A DNA stretch of 64,000 nt from Acidimicrobiales bacterium. Its GTDB lineage: Bacteria; Actinomycetota; Acidimicrobiia; Acidimicrobiales; Bog-793. Shown one piece after another: positions 35,246 through 44,002 of the stretch; position 1 is the stretch's first letter, and each line of letters starts with the position of its first letter. The DNA lies in NCBI GenBank assembly GCA_052146895.1, contig JBKQLZ010000005.1, positions 6,282 through 70,281 on the forward strand, read 5' to 3'. Made by a program: the position numbers and the translations under genes. The notes beneath the pieces are model-generated. The model saw nothing but the letters and a program-made list of their open reading frames with translations. It ran no database searches and was not told the DNA's origin.

Positions 35246-36841
35246 GTGACTCGGCGACGAGAGGTGCGGCCCATGGCCCAAGGACGTGAGGACAGGAGCC
35301 GCCGGCGGCTCACAGCCAGCTGTGTAGGTGCGGCTCTCGCCGTCGCCGCCGCAGGTTGCTCGACCGCTTCGGCGGCGGGCGCTCCGGCGACGACCAGTCC
35401 GGCGGCGACGACGCCCTCCTCCACGTCGCCGCCTCCGCCCACAGTCCGCACCAAAGCGGCGGCGCCATCGCTCGGCGCGCTCACGACGTACGGGTACGGC
35501 AACTCCCGGTCAGGAAGGGACAAGGTCGACCCGGCGATCGCCAAACTCTCGTCCGCGCCCAAGTGGAACGACTCCCTCGACGGTGCCGTCTACGGCCAGC
35601 CGCTCGTCTACAACGCAACGGTGTACGTCGGCACCGAGAACGACACGATCTATGCAATCAAGGCGACGACGGGAAAGGTCCTCTGGCACGTCCACGTCGG
35701 GACCGCCGTCAGCACGTCAGTGGTCGACACCGCCCCGACCCTGGGTGGGAGCTGCGGTGACATCGACCCGCTCGGCATCACAGGGACGCCCGTCATCGAC
35801 AAGGGAGCCAGCGAGATCTTCGCCGCCGAGGAGACCGAGGTCGGCGGCAACAAGTGGCAGGACATCAAGCACGAGCTCGTCGCCGTGTCGCTCAGCACTC
35901 ACAAGGAGCTCTGGAACCGGCAGATCGACCCGCCGCATGCAAACCACTCGAACTACTACTACATCGCTGCCGAGCAGCAGCGCCCGGCCCTCACCCTCCT
36001 CGGTGGGCGGATCTACGCCGAGTACGGCGGCCTCGACGGAGACTGCGGCCAGTACCACGGCTACGTCGTGGGCCTGCCGGAGTCGGGTAAGGGAACGCTC
36101 CTCAGCTACCAGGTTCCCACTCAGCGCGAAGGGGGCATCTGGGGTACGAGCGGGGCCTTCGTCGCGCCGAACGGGAACCTGTACGTCGCCACCGGCAACG
36201 GGAGCTCGAACACGAAGTACGACGAAGGCAACTCGGTCGTCGAGTTGTCTCCGGAGCTGAAGCGACTCGGCTACTGGGCACCGAAGAACTGGGTGCAGCT
36301 GAACGAGGACGACTGGGATCTCGGTTCGGCCGGTCCCGTTGCGGTACCGGGCACGTCGTTGTTGTTCGCGGCCGGGAAGCCCGCGTCGTCTGGCAGCTTC
36401 GGCGACCTCATGAAGGACTCACCTCTCGGCGGCGTCGGCAAGGGCGCGTTCACGGGAGACCTCTGCGGCGGAGGCAGCGGAGCATTCGGTGCTGACGCGG
36501 CAGACGTGATCGGATCCGGTGCCACCAAGCGCACCTACGTGTACGCGCCGTGCGGGAGCGGCACCGAGGCAGTCGAGATCGACATCGCCAAGATGACGTT
36601 CAAGCAGGCTTGGTCGCCCTCGACCGGCTCTCCGAACGGTCCGCCCATCGTCGCTGGCGGGCTGGTCTGGGCCCTCGACTGGAACGCCGGAGCGCTCTAT
36701 GGAATGAAGCCCACGACCGGCAAGGTCGTCATCGAGCGCCCGACCGACGGCCTCGAGCATTTCGTCACGCCGGCCGTCGGCGACGCGATGCTCTTCGTAC
36801 CCACCCAAAGCGGCGTGGAGGCGTGGACCACAACGAAATGA
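35246..36841 (+). CDS. PQQ-like beta-propeller repeat lipoprotein
   Basis: SRRRL...AVAAAGC lipobox, then a Pro/Thr/Ser linker. Includes YGQPLVYNATVYVGTENDTIYAIKATTGKVLWH-type repeats. The start may be the ATG at 35273. Confidence 0.75.
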   Translation: MTRRREVRPMAQGREDRSRRRLTASCVGAALAVAAAGCSTASAAGAPATTSPAATTPSSTSPPPPTVRTKAAAPSLGALTTYGYGNSRSGRDKVDPAIAKLSSAPKWNDSLDGAVYGQPLVYNATVYVGTENDTIYAIKATTGKVLWHVHVGTAVSTSVVDTAPTLGGSCGDIDPLGITGTPVIDKGASEIFAAEETEVGGNKWQDIKHELVAVSLSTHKELWNRQIDPPHANHSNYYYIAAEQQRPALTLLGGRIYAEYGGLDGDCGQYHGYVVGLPESGKGTLLSYQVPTQREGGIWGTSGAFVAPNGNLYVATGNGSSNTKYDEGNSVVELSPELKRLGYWAPKNWVQLNEDDWDLGSAGPVAVPGTSLLFAAGKPASSGSFGDLMKDSPLGGVGKGAFTGDLCGGGSGAFGADAADVIGSGATKRTYVYAPCGSGTEAVEIDIAKMTFKQAWSPSTGSPNGPPIVAGGLVWALDWNAGALYGMKPTTGKVVIERPTDGLEHFVTPAVGDAMLFVPTQSGVEAWTTTK

Positions 36842-36873
36842 GCGGGGCCACGATACTGGGCACCGCCGCTACC

Positions 36874-36894
36874 GTATATCAAGTCAGGATATAC
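36874..36894. promoter_or_regulatory. inverted repeat upstream of vapB, candidate autoregulatory operator
   Basis: GTATATC-aagtcag-GATATAC, a perfect inverted repeat. A flanking direct repeat ATACTGGG occurs at 36853-36860 and 36892-36899. The site is a locally AT-rich patch. Confidence 0.4.
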
Positions 36895-36928
36895 TGGGGT
36901 ATTGCAGAGCAGTGTTTGGAGGAGGGTC

Positions 36929-37141
36929 GTGTCCAAGACGCTTATCGACATCGACGAGGGTCTGCTCGAGCGAGCACGAGCACTTCTCGGCCCGAAGACC
37001 ACCAAGAAGGACGCCGTGAACACCGCCCTCTCGAAGTTGGTGCGCCTGCACGACCAGCGGGAGACCGTCGACTGGATCATCGCGACGGATCCGGTCGCTG
37101 ACCTTCGTGATCCAGAGGTCCGTGCAGCCGCACGCAGGTGA
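36929..37141 (+). CDS. vapB: VapB-family antitoxin
   Basis: GTG at 36929 preceded by GGAGGAGG. VSKTLIDIDEGLLERARALLG is typical of type II antitoxins of this class. Confidence 0.75.
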   Translation: MSKTLIDIDEGLLERARALLGPKTTKKDAVNTALSKLVRLHDQRETVDWIIATDPVADLRDPEVRAAARR

Positions 37142-37563
37142 GCCGTTATCTCGTTGACAACAGCGTCCTCCAGCGCCTGCCCCGTAGTGTCGAGGTACAG
37201 AGCGCCGTCGCCGCGATCCTCCATGCCGAGCACGAATTGTGTTGCTGCGCCCTTACTCTCGACGAGTTCGCGTTCAGCGCTCGGTCCGCAGCAGAACACG
37301 CTACCGGTCTGCAACGCCTGAGGACCTCGTGGCTCTATCTGCCCGCTTCGCCCGAGACCGACCAGATCATCATCGACATCCGGACCGCACTCTGGCGCGC
37401 CGGTAAGGGCCGCGCTGCTGGAGTGATCGATGTCGCCATCGCCGCAAGCGCTGTCCAGTCCACCGCAACTGTTCTTCACTACGACACTGACTTCGAGCAC
37501 ATCATCGGCGTATATCCCCAGCTGACGGCCGAGTGGGTGGTGCCCCGGGGTTCCATCGACTGA
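37138..37563 (+). CDS. vapC: PIN-domain toxin VapC
   Basis: GTGA overlap with vapB. YLVDNSVL first acidic motif and later IDVAIAASA and YDTDFEHI. Confidence 0.85.
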   Translation: MSRYLVDNSVLQRLPRSVEVQSAVAAILHAEHELCCCALTLDEFAFSARSAAEHATGLQRLRTSWLYLPASPETDQIIIDIRTALWRAGKGRAAGVIDVAIAASAVQSTATVLHYDTDFEHIIGVYPQLTAEWVVPRGSID

Positions 37564-37606
37564 ACGGCTAGGTGGGCGTGCACCACCAACCGTCAGGGCC
37601 CCAGAG

Positions 37607-38482
37607 TCAAGTCACAGCGATCAGCCCCGCGAGCCCGCCACGGATCGCGCGCTCGCCACGGGCGTTGCGAACTTCGAATCTCGCGAGTACCGAGCCGGGC
37701 TCGCTCTCTTGCAGTTGCCCGACCTGCACCGTGATCTCGGACGGCACGACCACCATCGCCGCGAACTCGGCGTCCACCGCGGCCATCCGACGGTGCGGCC
37801 CGGCCATCTCCATGACCAGGCTCACGGCGATCGCGAGCGAGGCCGTGCCGTGGAGAATCGGACCGGGCAGCCCAGCGCTCCTAGCGACGACCGGATCGGT
37901 GTGGATCGGGTTCCAGATGCGGGCGCACTCGGTGTAGACGATGGCTGTCGTCGGCTCAATCGGCACTCTGAGCTCACGGAGAACGTCGAGCTCGACAGGT
38001 TTGCCCTGGGGTGAGCTTGGTGAGCTTCCCTCCGCCGCGTCGCTGGTCACCCCCAGGAACACCACGCCCATCTTCGTCGTGGCTACCGGTCGCCGCACGC
38101 CGTCAAGTGTCTCGAGCTCGATCACCAGCCTGGCCCCGGCGCGCCCTTCCGTGACCGAGGCCACCCTGGCTGAAGTAGTGAGCACATCGCCCGGTCGGAT
38201 CGGCTGGTGAAGCCGCAGCGAATGTGTGGAGTGGACCCCGCGCATCGCCTCGTCGGGAGACAGCCCCGCTGACATTGCGATGCGGCTCACCTCTTGCACT
38301 AACGGCCACTCGAGGCACACCGGGAAGATGGGATGGGCCCGTATGCCCCCGGGACACTCACCGTCGACATACTGAAGGCCGTGATCTCCTATGCCGGCGG
38401 CGTACGCAGCGATCCACCGCTGGTCGATCTCGTGCGTGATCGACGGTGTCACCGCTCCTTCGAGCGACTTGCTCAGCGCCAC
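37607..38482 (-). CDS. MaoC-like double hot-dog (R)-hydratase/dehydratase
   Basis: 291 aa with two hot-dog halves. The C-terminal half carries NPIHTDPVVARSAGLPGPILHG. Confidence 0.8.
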   Translation of the reverse strand: MALSKSLEGAVTPSITHEIDQRWIAAYAAGIGDHGLQYVDGECPGGIRAHPIFPVCLEWPLVQEVSRIAMSAGLSPDEAMRGVHSTHSLRLHQPIRPGDVLTTSARVASVTEGRAGARLVIELETLDGVRRPVATTKMGVVFLGVTSDAAEGSSPSSPQGKPVELDVLRELRVPIEPTTAIVYTECARIWNPIHTDPVVARSAGLPGPILHGTASLAIAVSLVMEMAGPHRRMAAVDAEFAAMVVVPSEITVQVGQLQESEPGSVLARFEVRNARGERAIRGGLAGLIAVT

Positions 38483-38613
38483 GTCGCCCCGAACCCGGAT
38501 CTAGCAAAGAGCAGGAAGTCATCATCCGGCACAATGCCAAACTAGTGACCTGAGTCAGAGATCCGCTGGCAGTATCCAGCGAGTGACTCCAGCTCGACGA
38601 GCTCTTCGATCGC

Positions 38614-40023
38614 GTGGGCTCTCGCCGGCGTTCGGCAGGTCTCGGAGACGCGGTGTTCACCATGGTGGCGAACCGGCTCGTCGATCCCTCCTCCAAGCGT
38701 CGCTGTGTCACCGACTGGCTCGGTGCCGACGCCGCAGTTCCCGACGGCCGAAGCGCCCCGTCGCTCGACCGTCTCTATCGCGCCCTTGACGCCGTGGCCG
38801 AGGCGAAGGACGAGATCGAACAGCACTGCTTCACCGAGCTGTGCACTCTGGCAAACCTCGATCTCCGGCTTGTCTGTTACGACCTCACCTCGAGCTACTT
38901 CGAGGGCGACGTGAAGCCCTCCGTGCGCTTTCCCTCGAAGGCCTTCGGCTACAGCCGCGATCACCGGGACGACCGACCCCAGATCGTGATCGGCCTGCTC
39001 GTCACCTCTGACGGCATCCCGATCGCCCATCACGTCTTCTCGGGCAACACCGCCGACCGGTCGACACTGCCGGCTCTGATGGCCGACCTACAGGCACGCT
39101 TCGGGGTCGGGCGGATCGCCCTTGTGGCTGACCGTGGTCTCGTCTCCGAGGAGAACTTGAAACAGGTCGAGGCGAACGGCTTTGACCACGTGCTCGCGAC
39201 ACGGCTCCATCGCGACCCGGCGGTGGCTGGCGTGCTGGAGGCCGTCGCGAGGAACGACGCCGTGTTCGTCCCGGTCGGAGACGACGGGACGAAAGCGACA
39301 GAGGTCACCCACGAGGGACGGCGCTATGTCGTCGTCGACTCGCCTGCTCGCCATGTTCGCGACGATCGGAGGCGAACTGAGCTCCTCGCACGGACCGAAG
39401 ACCGCCTGATCGCACTTGCCGACCGGGTGAGATCTGGTCGACTCGCCGACCCGGCCAAGATCGGTGCCGCATCAGACCGCATCTTGAGGGACTCAGGCGT
39501 CGGCCGGTGCTTTACGACCAAGATCGCCCATGGGATCTTCACCTGGGAGTACGACGAAGAGCACATGGACTACGAGGAGCGCCTCCTCTCGGGCCGGTAT
39601 GTGATCACGACCTCGCTCGACAAGAAGTCTGCTTCGACCGCCCAGGTCGTCTCGCACTACAAGAGCCTCCAATCGGTCGAGCGGCGCTTTCGGGTCCTGA
39701 AGGACTTCCTCGCGCTGCGACCGGTCTTCCACTACACCGAAAAGCGCGTGCGCGGTCACGTCGCGATCTGCGTACTCGCCGCTGTGATCGAGTCGGTCAT
39801 CTCCCTCGACCTCGCACGAGCACGGATCGGCGACCCGGACCTAGACGGCCAACAGCTCACGGCGCGCCGCGCACTTCGCGGGCTCGAGCGCGTCCGCATC
39901 ATCAGCTTTGTCGACACCAACGGCGACAAGCGCCAGGTCGTCACGAGACCTAACCCCTTCCAGGCCAAGATCCTCGCCGCCATCGGCGTCGACATCTCCG
40001 CCTGGCGCTCACGCGTCGCCTGA
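38614..40023 (+). mobile_element. IS1634-family DDE transposase gene, 5'-truncated remnant
   Basis: AVFTMVANRLVDPSSKRRCVTDW, YDLTSSYFEGD, LVADRGLVSEENL, and FRVLKDFLALRPVFHYTEKRVRGHVAICVLA. An in-frame stop lies 10 codons upstream. Only about 130 nt remain before the neighbouring gene, so roughly 100 N-terminal codons are missing. Confidence 0.8.
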
Positions 40024-40071
40024 ACGACCCCGATCACCGTTGTAGGGCAAAAACCGCCTCACCGCGACCTC

Positions 40072-40473
40072 GTGAGCAGGCCCTTCATTGTTGAGCCGCC
40101 GAAGTCGGGTCTGACTGGCGACCCGCCCGAGATGGCTAGCCGAGCGACCGCTTACCTCGCGAACGAGAGCGGCCTACTGCTCACTGACCTGGTGGCCGCC
40201 GCGACGGTTTACGTTCTCGAGTCCTTCTACGAGGCGCCGCGCGACCAGGTTGCCGAGTCGCTTCGGTCGCTGATCGCTTTCGACTCGGTCGTGTGCGTCG
40301 ACCCGCCACTTCTGCTGCGTGCGATCGAGGTGTACGAGACCCACAGGATCGACTTCGCTGAGGCATACCTCGTCGCTTGTGCGGAGAGCACCGGCGTGGC
40401 AAGGATCGCCTCATTCGACCGCTCACTGGATCGTGTCCACTCGGTAGAGCGAGTCGAGCCTCCGCCTATCTAG
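40072..40473 (+). CDS. PIN-domain protein with aberrant N-terminus (orphan toxin)
   Basis: Middle and C-terminal PIN motifs are present (VYVLESFY, RIDFAEAYLVACAES, ASFDRSL). The N-terminal DTNV-type Asp motif is not recognisable. No antitoxin ORF lies upstream, and the IS remnant abuts the gene. Confidence 0.55.
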   Translation: MSRPFIVEPPKSGLTGDPPEMASRATAYLANESGLLLTDLVAAATVYVLESFYEAPRDQVAESLRSLIAFDSVVCVDPPLLLRAIEVYETHRIDFAEAYLVACAESTGVARIASFDRSLDRVHSVERVEPPPI

Positions 40474-40528
40474 AGTTGTCGGACAGATCCGCGAGTGACG
40501 TCGCTAACAAACACAGGAGGATTCCGCA

Positions 40529-40942
40529 ATGCTCAAGGAGTTCAAGGCCTTCATCTTGCAGGGCAATGTTGTGATGCTCGCCGTCGCGGTCGTCATAGGC
40601 GTTGCCTTCCAGGCAGTCATCAAGGCGATCGTCGCGGACATCCTCACCCCGCTCATCTCGATCCCGGGCAAGGCGAACTTCGAGTCGTTGTCGTTCACCA
40701 TCCACGGAAGCACGTTCCTCTACGGCGACGTGCTGAACGAGATCATCGCGTTTCTTGCCGTAGCCATCGCCGTCTTCTTCATCGTCGTGAAGCCGTACAA
40801 CGTGAGCCAGGCCCGTAAAGCCAAGACCGAGGAGGCGACGACGCGCGACTGCCCGGCCTGCCTGACAGAGGTTCCCCTCGCGGCGACGCGGTGCGCGGCG
40901 TGCACGAGCGACCTCCCACCGGTGGCGACGGAGGCCGGCTAA
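40529..40942 (+). CDS. mscL: large-conductance mechanosensitive channel with C-terminal CxxC-x10-CxxC tail
   Basis: MLKEFKAFILQGNVVMLAVAVVIGVAF... is the canonical MscL TM1. The tail is DCPACLTEVPLAATRCAACTSDL. Confidence 0.9.
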   Translation: MLKEFKAFILQGNVVMLAVAVVIGVAFQAVIKAIVADILTPLISIPGKANFESLSFTIHGSTFLYGDVLNEIIAFLAVAIAVFFIVVKPYNVSQARKAKTEEATTRDCPACLTEVPLAATRCAACTSDLPPVATEAG

Positions 40943-40960
40943 ACACTCGCCGGCGCCCCG

Positions 40961-41848
40961 TCAGGATTCGACCGGCACCTGAGCGGCGTGCGCCGTCACG
41001 AGCTCGACGATCGGCTCCCAGTACTGCGGCGGGTAGTCATGACCCATGCCCTCGAGCAGCTCGAGACGCGCACCGGGGATCACCTCGGCCGTCCTGCGCC
41101 CGCCGCTCGGGTCGATGAGCGTGTCCGCGCTGCCGTGAAGAACGAGCGTCGGGACGCTGACGTTGCGGAGGGCGGCCGTGCGGCTCCCCGACGCCATGAT
41201 GGCGATCAGCTGCCGGACGCGCCCCGAAGGGAAGTTGCTCCGGTCGAAAGCCTCGCCCGCGTTCGCCACCAACCGCTCCTCGTCGAAGCAGGCGGGGCTC
41301 CCCCAGATGCGCAAGCCTGCCAACGAGCCGGCGATGTATCCGTCACGGTCGCTCGCGGGCGGAGTCAGGAGCAGCCGGCGTGCCTCCTCGGTGGATTGCC
41401 CGACGTCCGGGTCGCCCGTCGTGGACATCATCGAAGTCACCGTGAGCAGGCGCTCTGGATGCTCGATTGCCATCGTCTGGACGATCATCCCTCCCATCGA
41501 CAGGCCCATGACGTGCGCCCGCTCGATCCCGAGGTCGTCGAGCACTGCGAGCCCGTCGGACGCCATGTCTGTCAGCAGGTAAGGCACATCGGCAAAGTCC
41601 CCCTCCGCCACGGAGCGGGCGACCGCCGCCACGTCGGGCATCTCGTCGCCGAACTTCGTCGACAGGCCGACGTCGCGGTTGTCGTATCGGATCACGAAGT
41701 AGCCGGCGGAGGCGAAACTCTCACACCACTCCACGCGGTAATTGATGCACTGACTTCCCAGCCCGTTGACCAGCAACAGGGCCGGGCGCCCCGGATCGCC
41801 GAAGGTCTCGTAGTAGATCTCGACGTCACCGTTGTGAGCAAAGGCCAT
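40961..41848 (-). CDS. alpha/beta hydrolase
   Basis: Start at the internal ATG preceded by GGAGGAG. Includes LLLVNGLG, the nucleophile elbow GLSMGG, and C-terminal GHD. Confidence 0.85.
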   Translation of the reverse strand: MAFAHNGDVEIYYETFGDPGRPALLLVNGLGSQCINYRVEWCESFASAGYFVIRYDNRDVGLSTKFGDEMPDVAAVARSVAEGDFADVPYLLTDMASDGLAVLDDLGIERAHVMGLSMGGMIVQTMAIEHPERLLTVTSMMSTTGDPDVGQSTEEARRLLLTPPASDRDGYIAGSLAGLRIWGSPACFDEERLVANAGEAFDRSNFPSGRVRQLIAIMASGSRTAALRNVSVPTLVLHGSADTLIDPSGGRRTAEVIPGARLELLEGMGHDYPPQYWEPIVELVTAHAAQVPVES

Positions 41849-41935
41849 TGCGACTCCTCCTCGTCCCCGACCCTGACGGTTTAGCAGCCTCGACGAGGCG
41901 CCACCGCCGCCGACCATGGCTGACATACTCAACCT

Positions 41936-43885
41936 GTGAGCACAACCGCCTCGGTCCGATCCCTCCCTCCCGGTCTCGACGACGACGAGACGATTCGCCG
42001 CGCCCTTGAGGTGGCAGAGGTACCTGCCCTCATGCCGGCGATCGCCTGGCTGACAGGCGACCTGTCACTACTTCGCGACGAGCTCAGGCCAGACCCGGAC
42101 CGATTGCTCGAACCGGAGGCAGGGCTGACAGCCGAGGCGATGGCGCTCGGGCGACAGCTTGCCTACGAGGCGCTCGTCCGCTTCCGCGACAGCGGGGCAC
42201 ACGAGCTCGCTCCCCTCTCCGACGAAGAGCTACGGCCTCTCCTGCAGTTCCTCGCAGCCGGCTCCGGTGACGGGATCGACGACTACGCCCTCTTGCTCGA
42301 AGAGGAGCTCGGGCTCGAGGACCTCCGGGCGCCGGACTGGAGCAAGCAGGCGCTCGCGCCTGACCGGCCCTTTTCCGTCGCGGTAATCGGTGCGGGCATG
42401 TCGGGGCTCCTCGCCGCCTACCGACTGAAGCAGGCAGGTATCGACTTCGTCGTCCTCGAACAAGCGGACGACGTCGGCGGCACGTGGCTGAAGAACCAGT
42501 ACCCGGGCTGCCGCGTCGACGTGACAAACCTCTTCTACAGCTACTCCTTCGAGCAGCGCGACGACTGGCCCCAGCTGTTCTCGAGCCAACCCGAGTTGCT
42601 CGGCTACTTCCGCAACTTCGCCGACCGCGCAGGCATCCGGGATCACGTCAGGTTCGCGACAGAGGTTCGTTCCGCGAGCTGGGACGACGAGCGCCACGAA
42701 TGGCAACTCGAGGTCGGCCCGGCACATGGTCGCGATCCCAGCGGCGAGACGCTCGTCGTGAACGCCGTCATCAGTGCCGTCGGGCAGCTCAACCGGCCTC
42801 AGCTCCCGAACATCGAGGGGGTCGGGCGCTTCGCAGGCCCGGCCTTCCACACGGCCGAGTGGGACGACACCGTGGACCTCGCCGGCAAGCGAGTCGCCGT
42901 CATCGGCACGGGCGGGAGCGCAATGCAGGTCATCCCGAGCATCGCCGCCGAAGTTGCCCGCCTCGACGTCTACCAGCGGACGCCTGCTTGGCTGATCCCC
43001 ACACCGGATTACACCTCCGACGTATCCGCCGAGCAGAGCTGGCTCTTCGAGAACCTGCCGGCCTACGCGAACTGGAACCGGCTTTGGACGTTCTGGCGGA
43101 ACGTCGAAGGCCTGCTGCCGGCGGGCCGGGTCGACGAGTCGTGGGACCGCGAAGCGAACAACTCGGTCGGCGGCGTCAACGAGCTCGCCCGCATCCTGAT
43201 GCAGGCCTACATAGAGGCTGAATTCGCCAACCACCCTGACCTTCTCACCCGCGTCATCCCCGACTACCCCGTCGCCGCCAAGCGCATGATCCGCGACGAC
43301 GGCAGCTGGGCGGCCGCCTTGTCGCGGGACAACGTCGAGCTCGTGACGGACCCGATCGCCGAGATCACGCCGACCGGTATCCGGACCGCAAATGGGCGGG
43401 AGCGGGAGGTCGATGTGATCGTGTACGGGACGGGTTTCTCAGCGTCGGAGTTCCTCATGCCGATGAAAGTGACCGGCCGGATGGGCACCGATCTGCAGGA
43501 GCAGTGGTCCGGTACGGCGAGCGCTTACCTCGGCATCACCATGCCGAACTTCCCCAACCTGTTCTGCTTGTACGGGCCGAACACGAACATCGTCATCAAC
43601 GGCAGCATCATCTACTTCTCCGAGTGCGAGGTCTTCTACGTCCAGCAGTGCCTGAAGGCCCTGCTCGCCGACGGCCATGCCGCGCTCGATTGCCGGCCCG
43701 AGGTGCTCGACCGCTACCAGCGCTGGGTCGACGAAGGCAACCGCTCGATGGCGTGGGGAGTGTCCGACGTCAACACCTGGTACAAGAACAAAGAGGGAAA
43801 GATCACGCAGAACTGGCCGTTCAGCCTCCTCGACTACTGGACCCAGACCCGAGACGTGAACCTCGAGGACTTCGAGCTTCTCTAG
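41936..43885 (+). CDS. type I Baeyer-Villiger / flavin monooxygenase with about 140-aa N-terminal extension
   Basis: GAGMSGL FAD Rossmann motif, BVMO fingerprint FAGPAFHTAEW (FxGxxxHxxxW), and GTGGSA NADP motif. Confidence 0.85.
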   Translation: MSTTASVRSLPPGLDDDETIRRALEVAEVPALMPAIAWLTGDLSLLRDELRPDPDRLLEPEAGLTAEAMALGRQLAYEALVRFRDSGAHELAPLSDEELRPLLQFLAAGSGDGIDDYALLLEEELGLEDLRAPDWSKQALAPDRPFSVAVIGAGMSGLLAAYRLKQAGIDFVVLEQADDVGGTWLKNQYPGCRVDVTNLFYSYSFEQRDDWPQLFSSQPELLGYFRNFADRAGIRDHVRFATEVRSASWDDERHEWQLEVGPAHGRDPSGETLVVNAVISAVGQLNRPQLPNIEGVGRFAGPAFHTAEWDDTVDLAGKRVAVIGTGGSAMQVIPSIAAEVARLDVYQRTPAWLIPTPDYTSDVSAEQSWLFENLPAYANWNRLWTFWRNVEGLLPAGRVDESWDREANNSVGGVNELARILMQAYIEAEFANHPDLLTRVIPDYPVAAKRMIRDDGSWAAALSRDNVELVTDPIAEITPTGIRTANGREREVDVIVYGTGFSASEFLMPMKVTGRMGTDLQEQWSGTASAYLGITMPNFPNLFCLYGPNTNIVINGSIIYFSECEVFYVQQCLKALLADGHAALDCRPEVLDRYQRWVDEGNRSMAWGVSDVNTWYKNKEGKITQNWPFSLLDYWTQTRDVNLEDFELL

Positions 43886-44002
43886 CGCGATGGCCGAACC
43901 TGTGACCGGCGTGTCGCTCGTCCTCGCAGGCCGCCAACGAGACGCACCTCCTGATTATCCGGTCGCCGCCAGGGACTTAGCGGGGCCGCCGGCGAGCATG
44001 GC

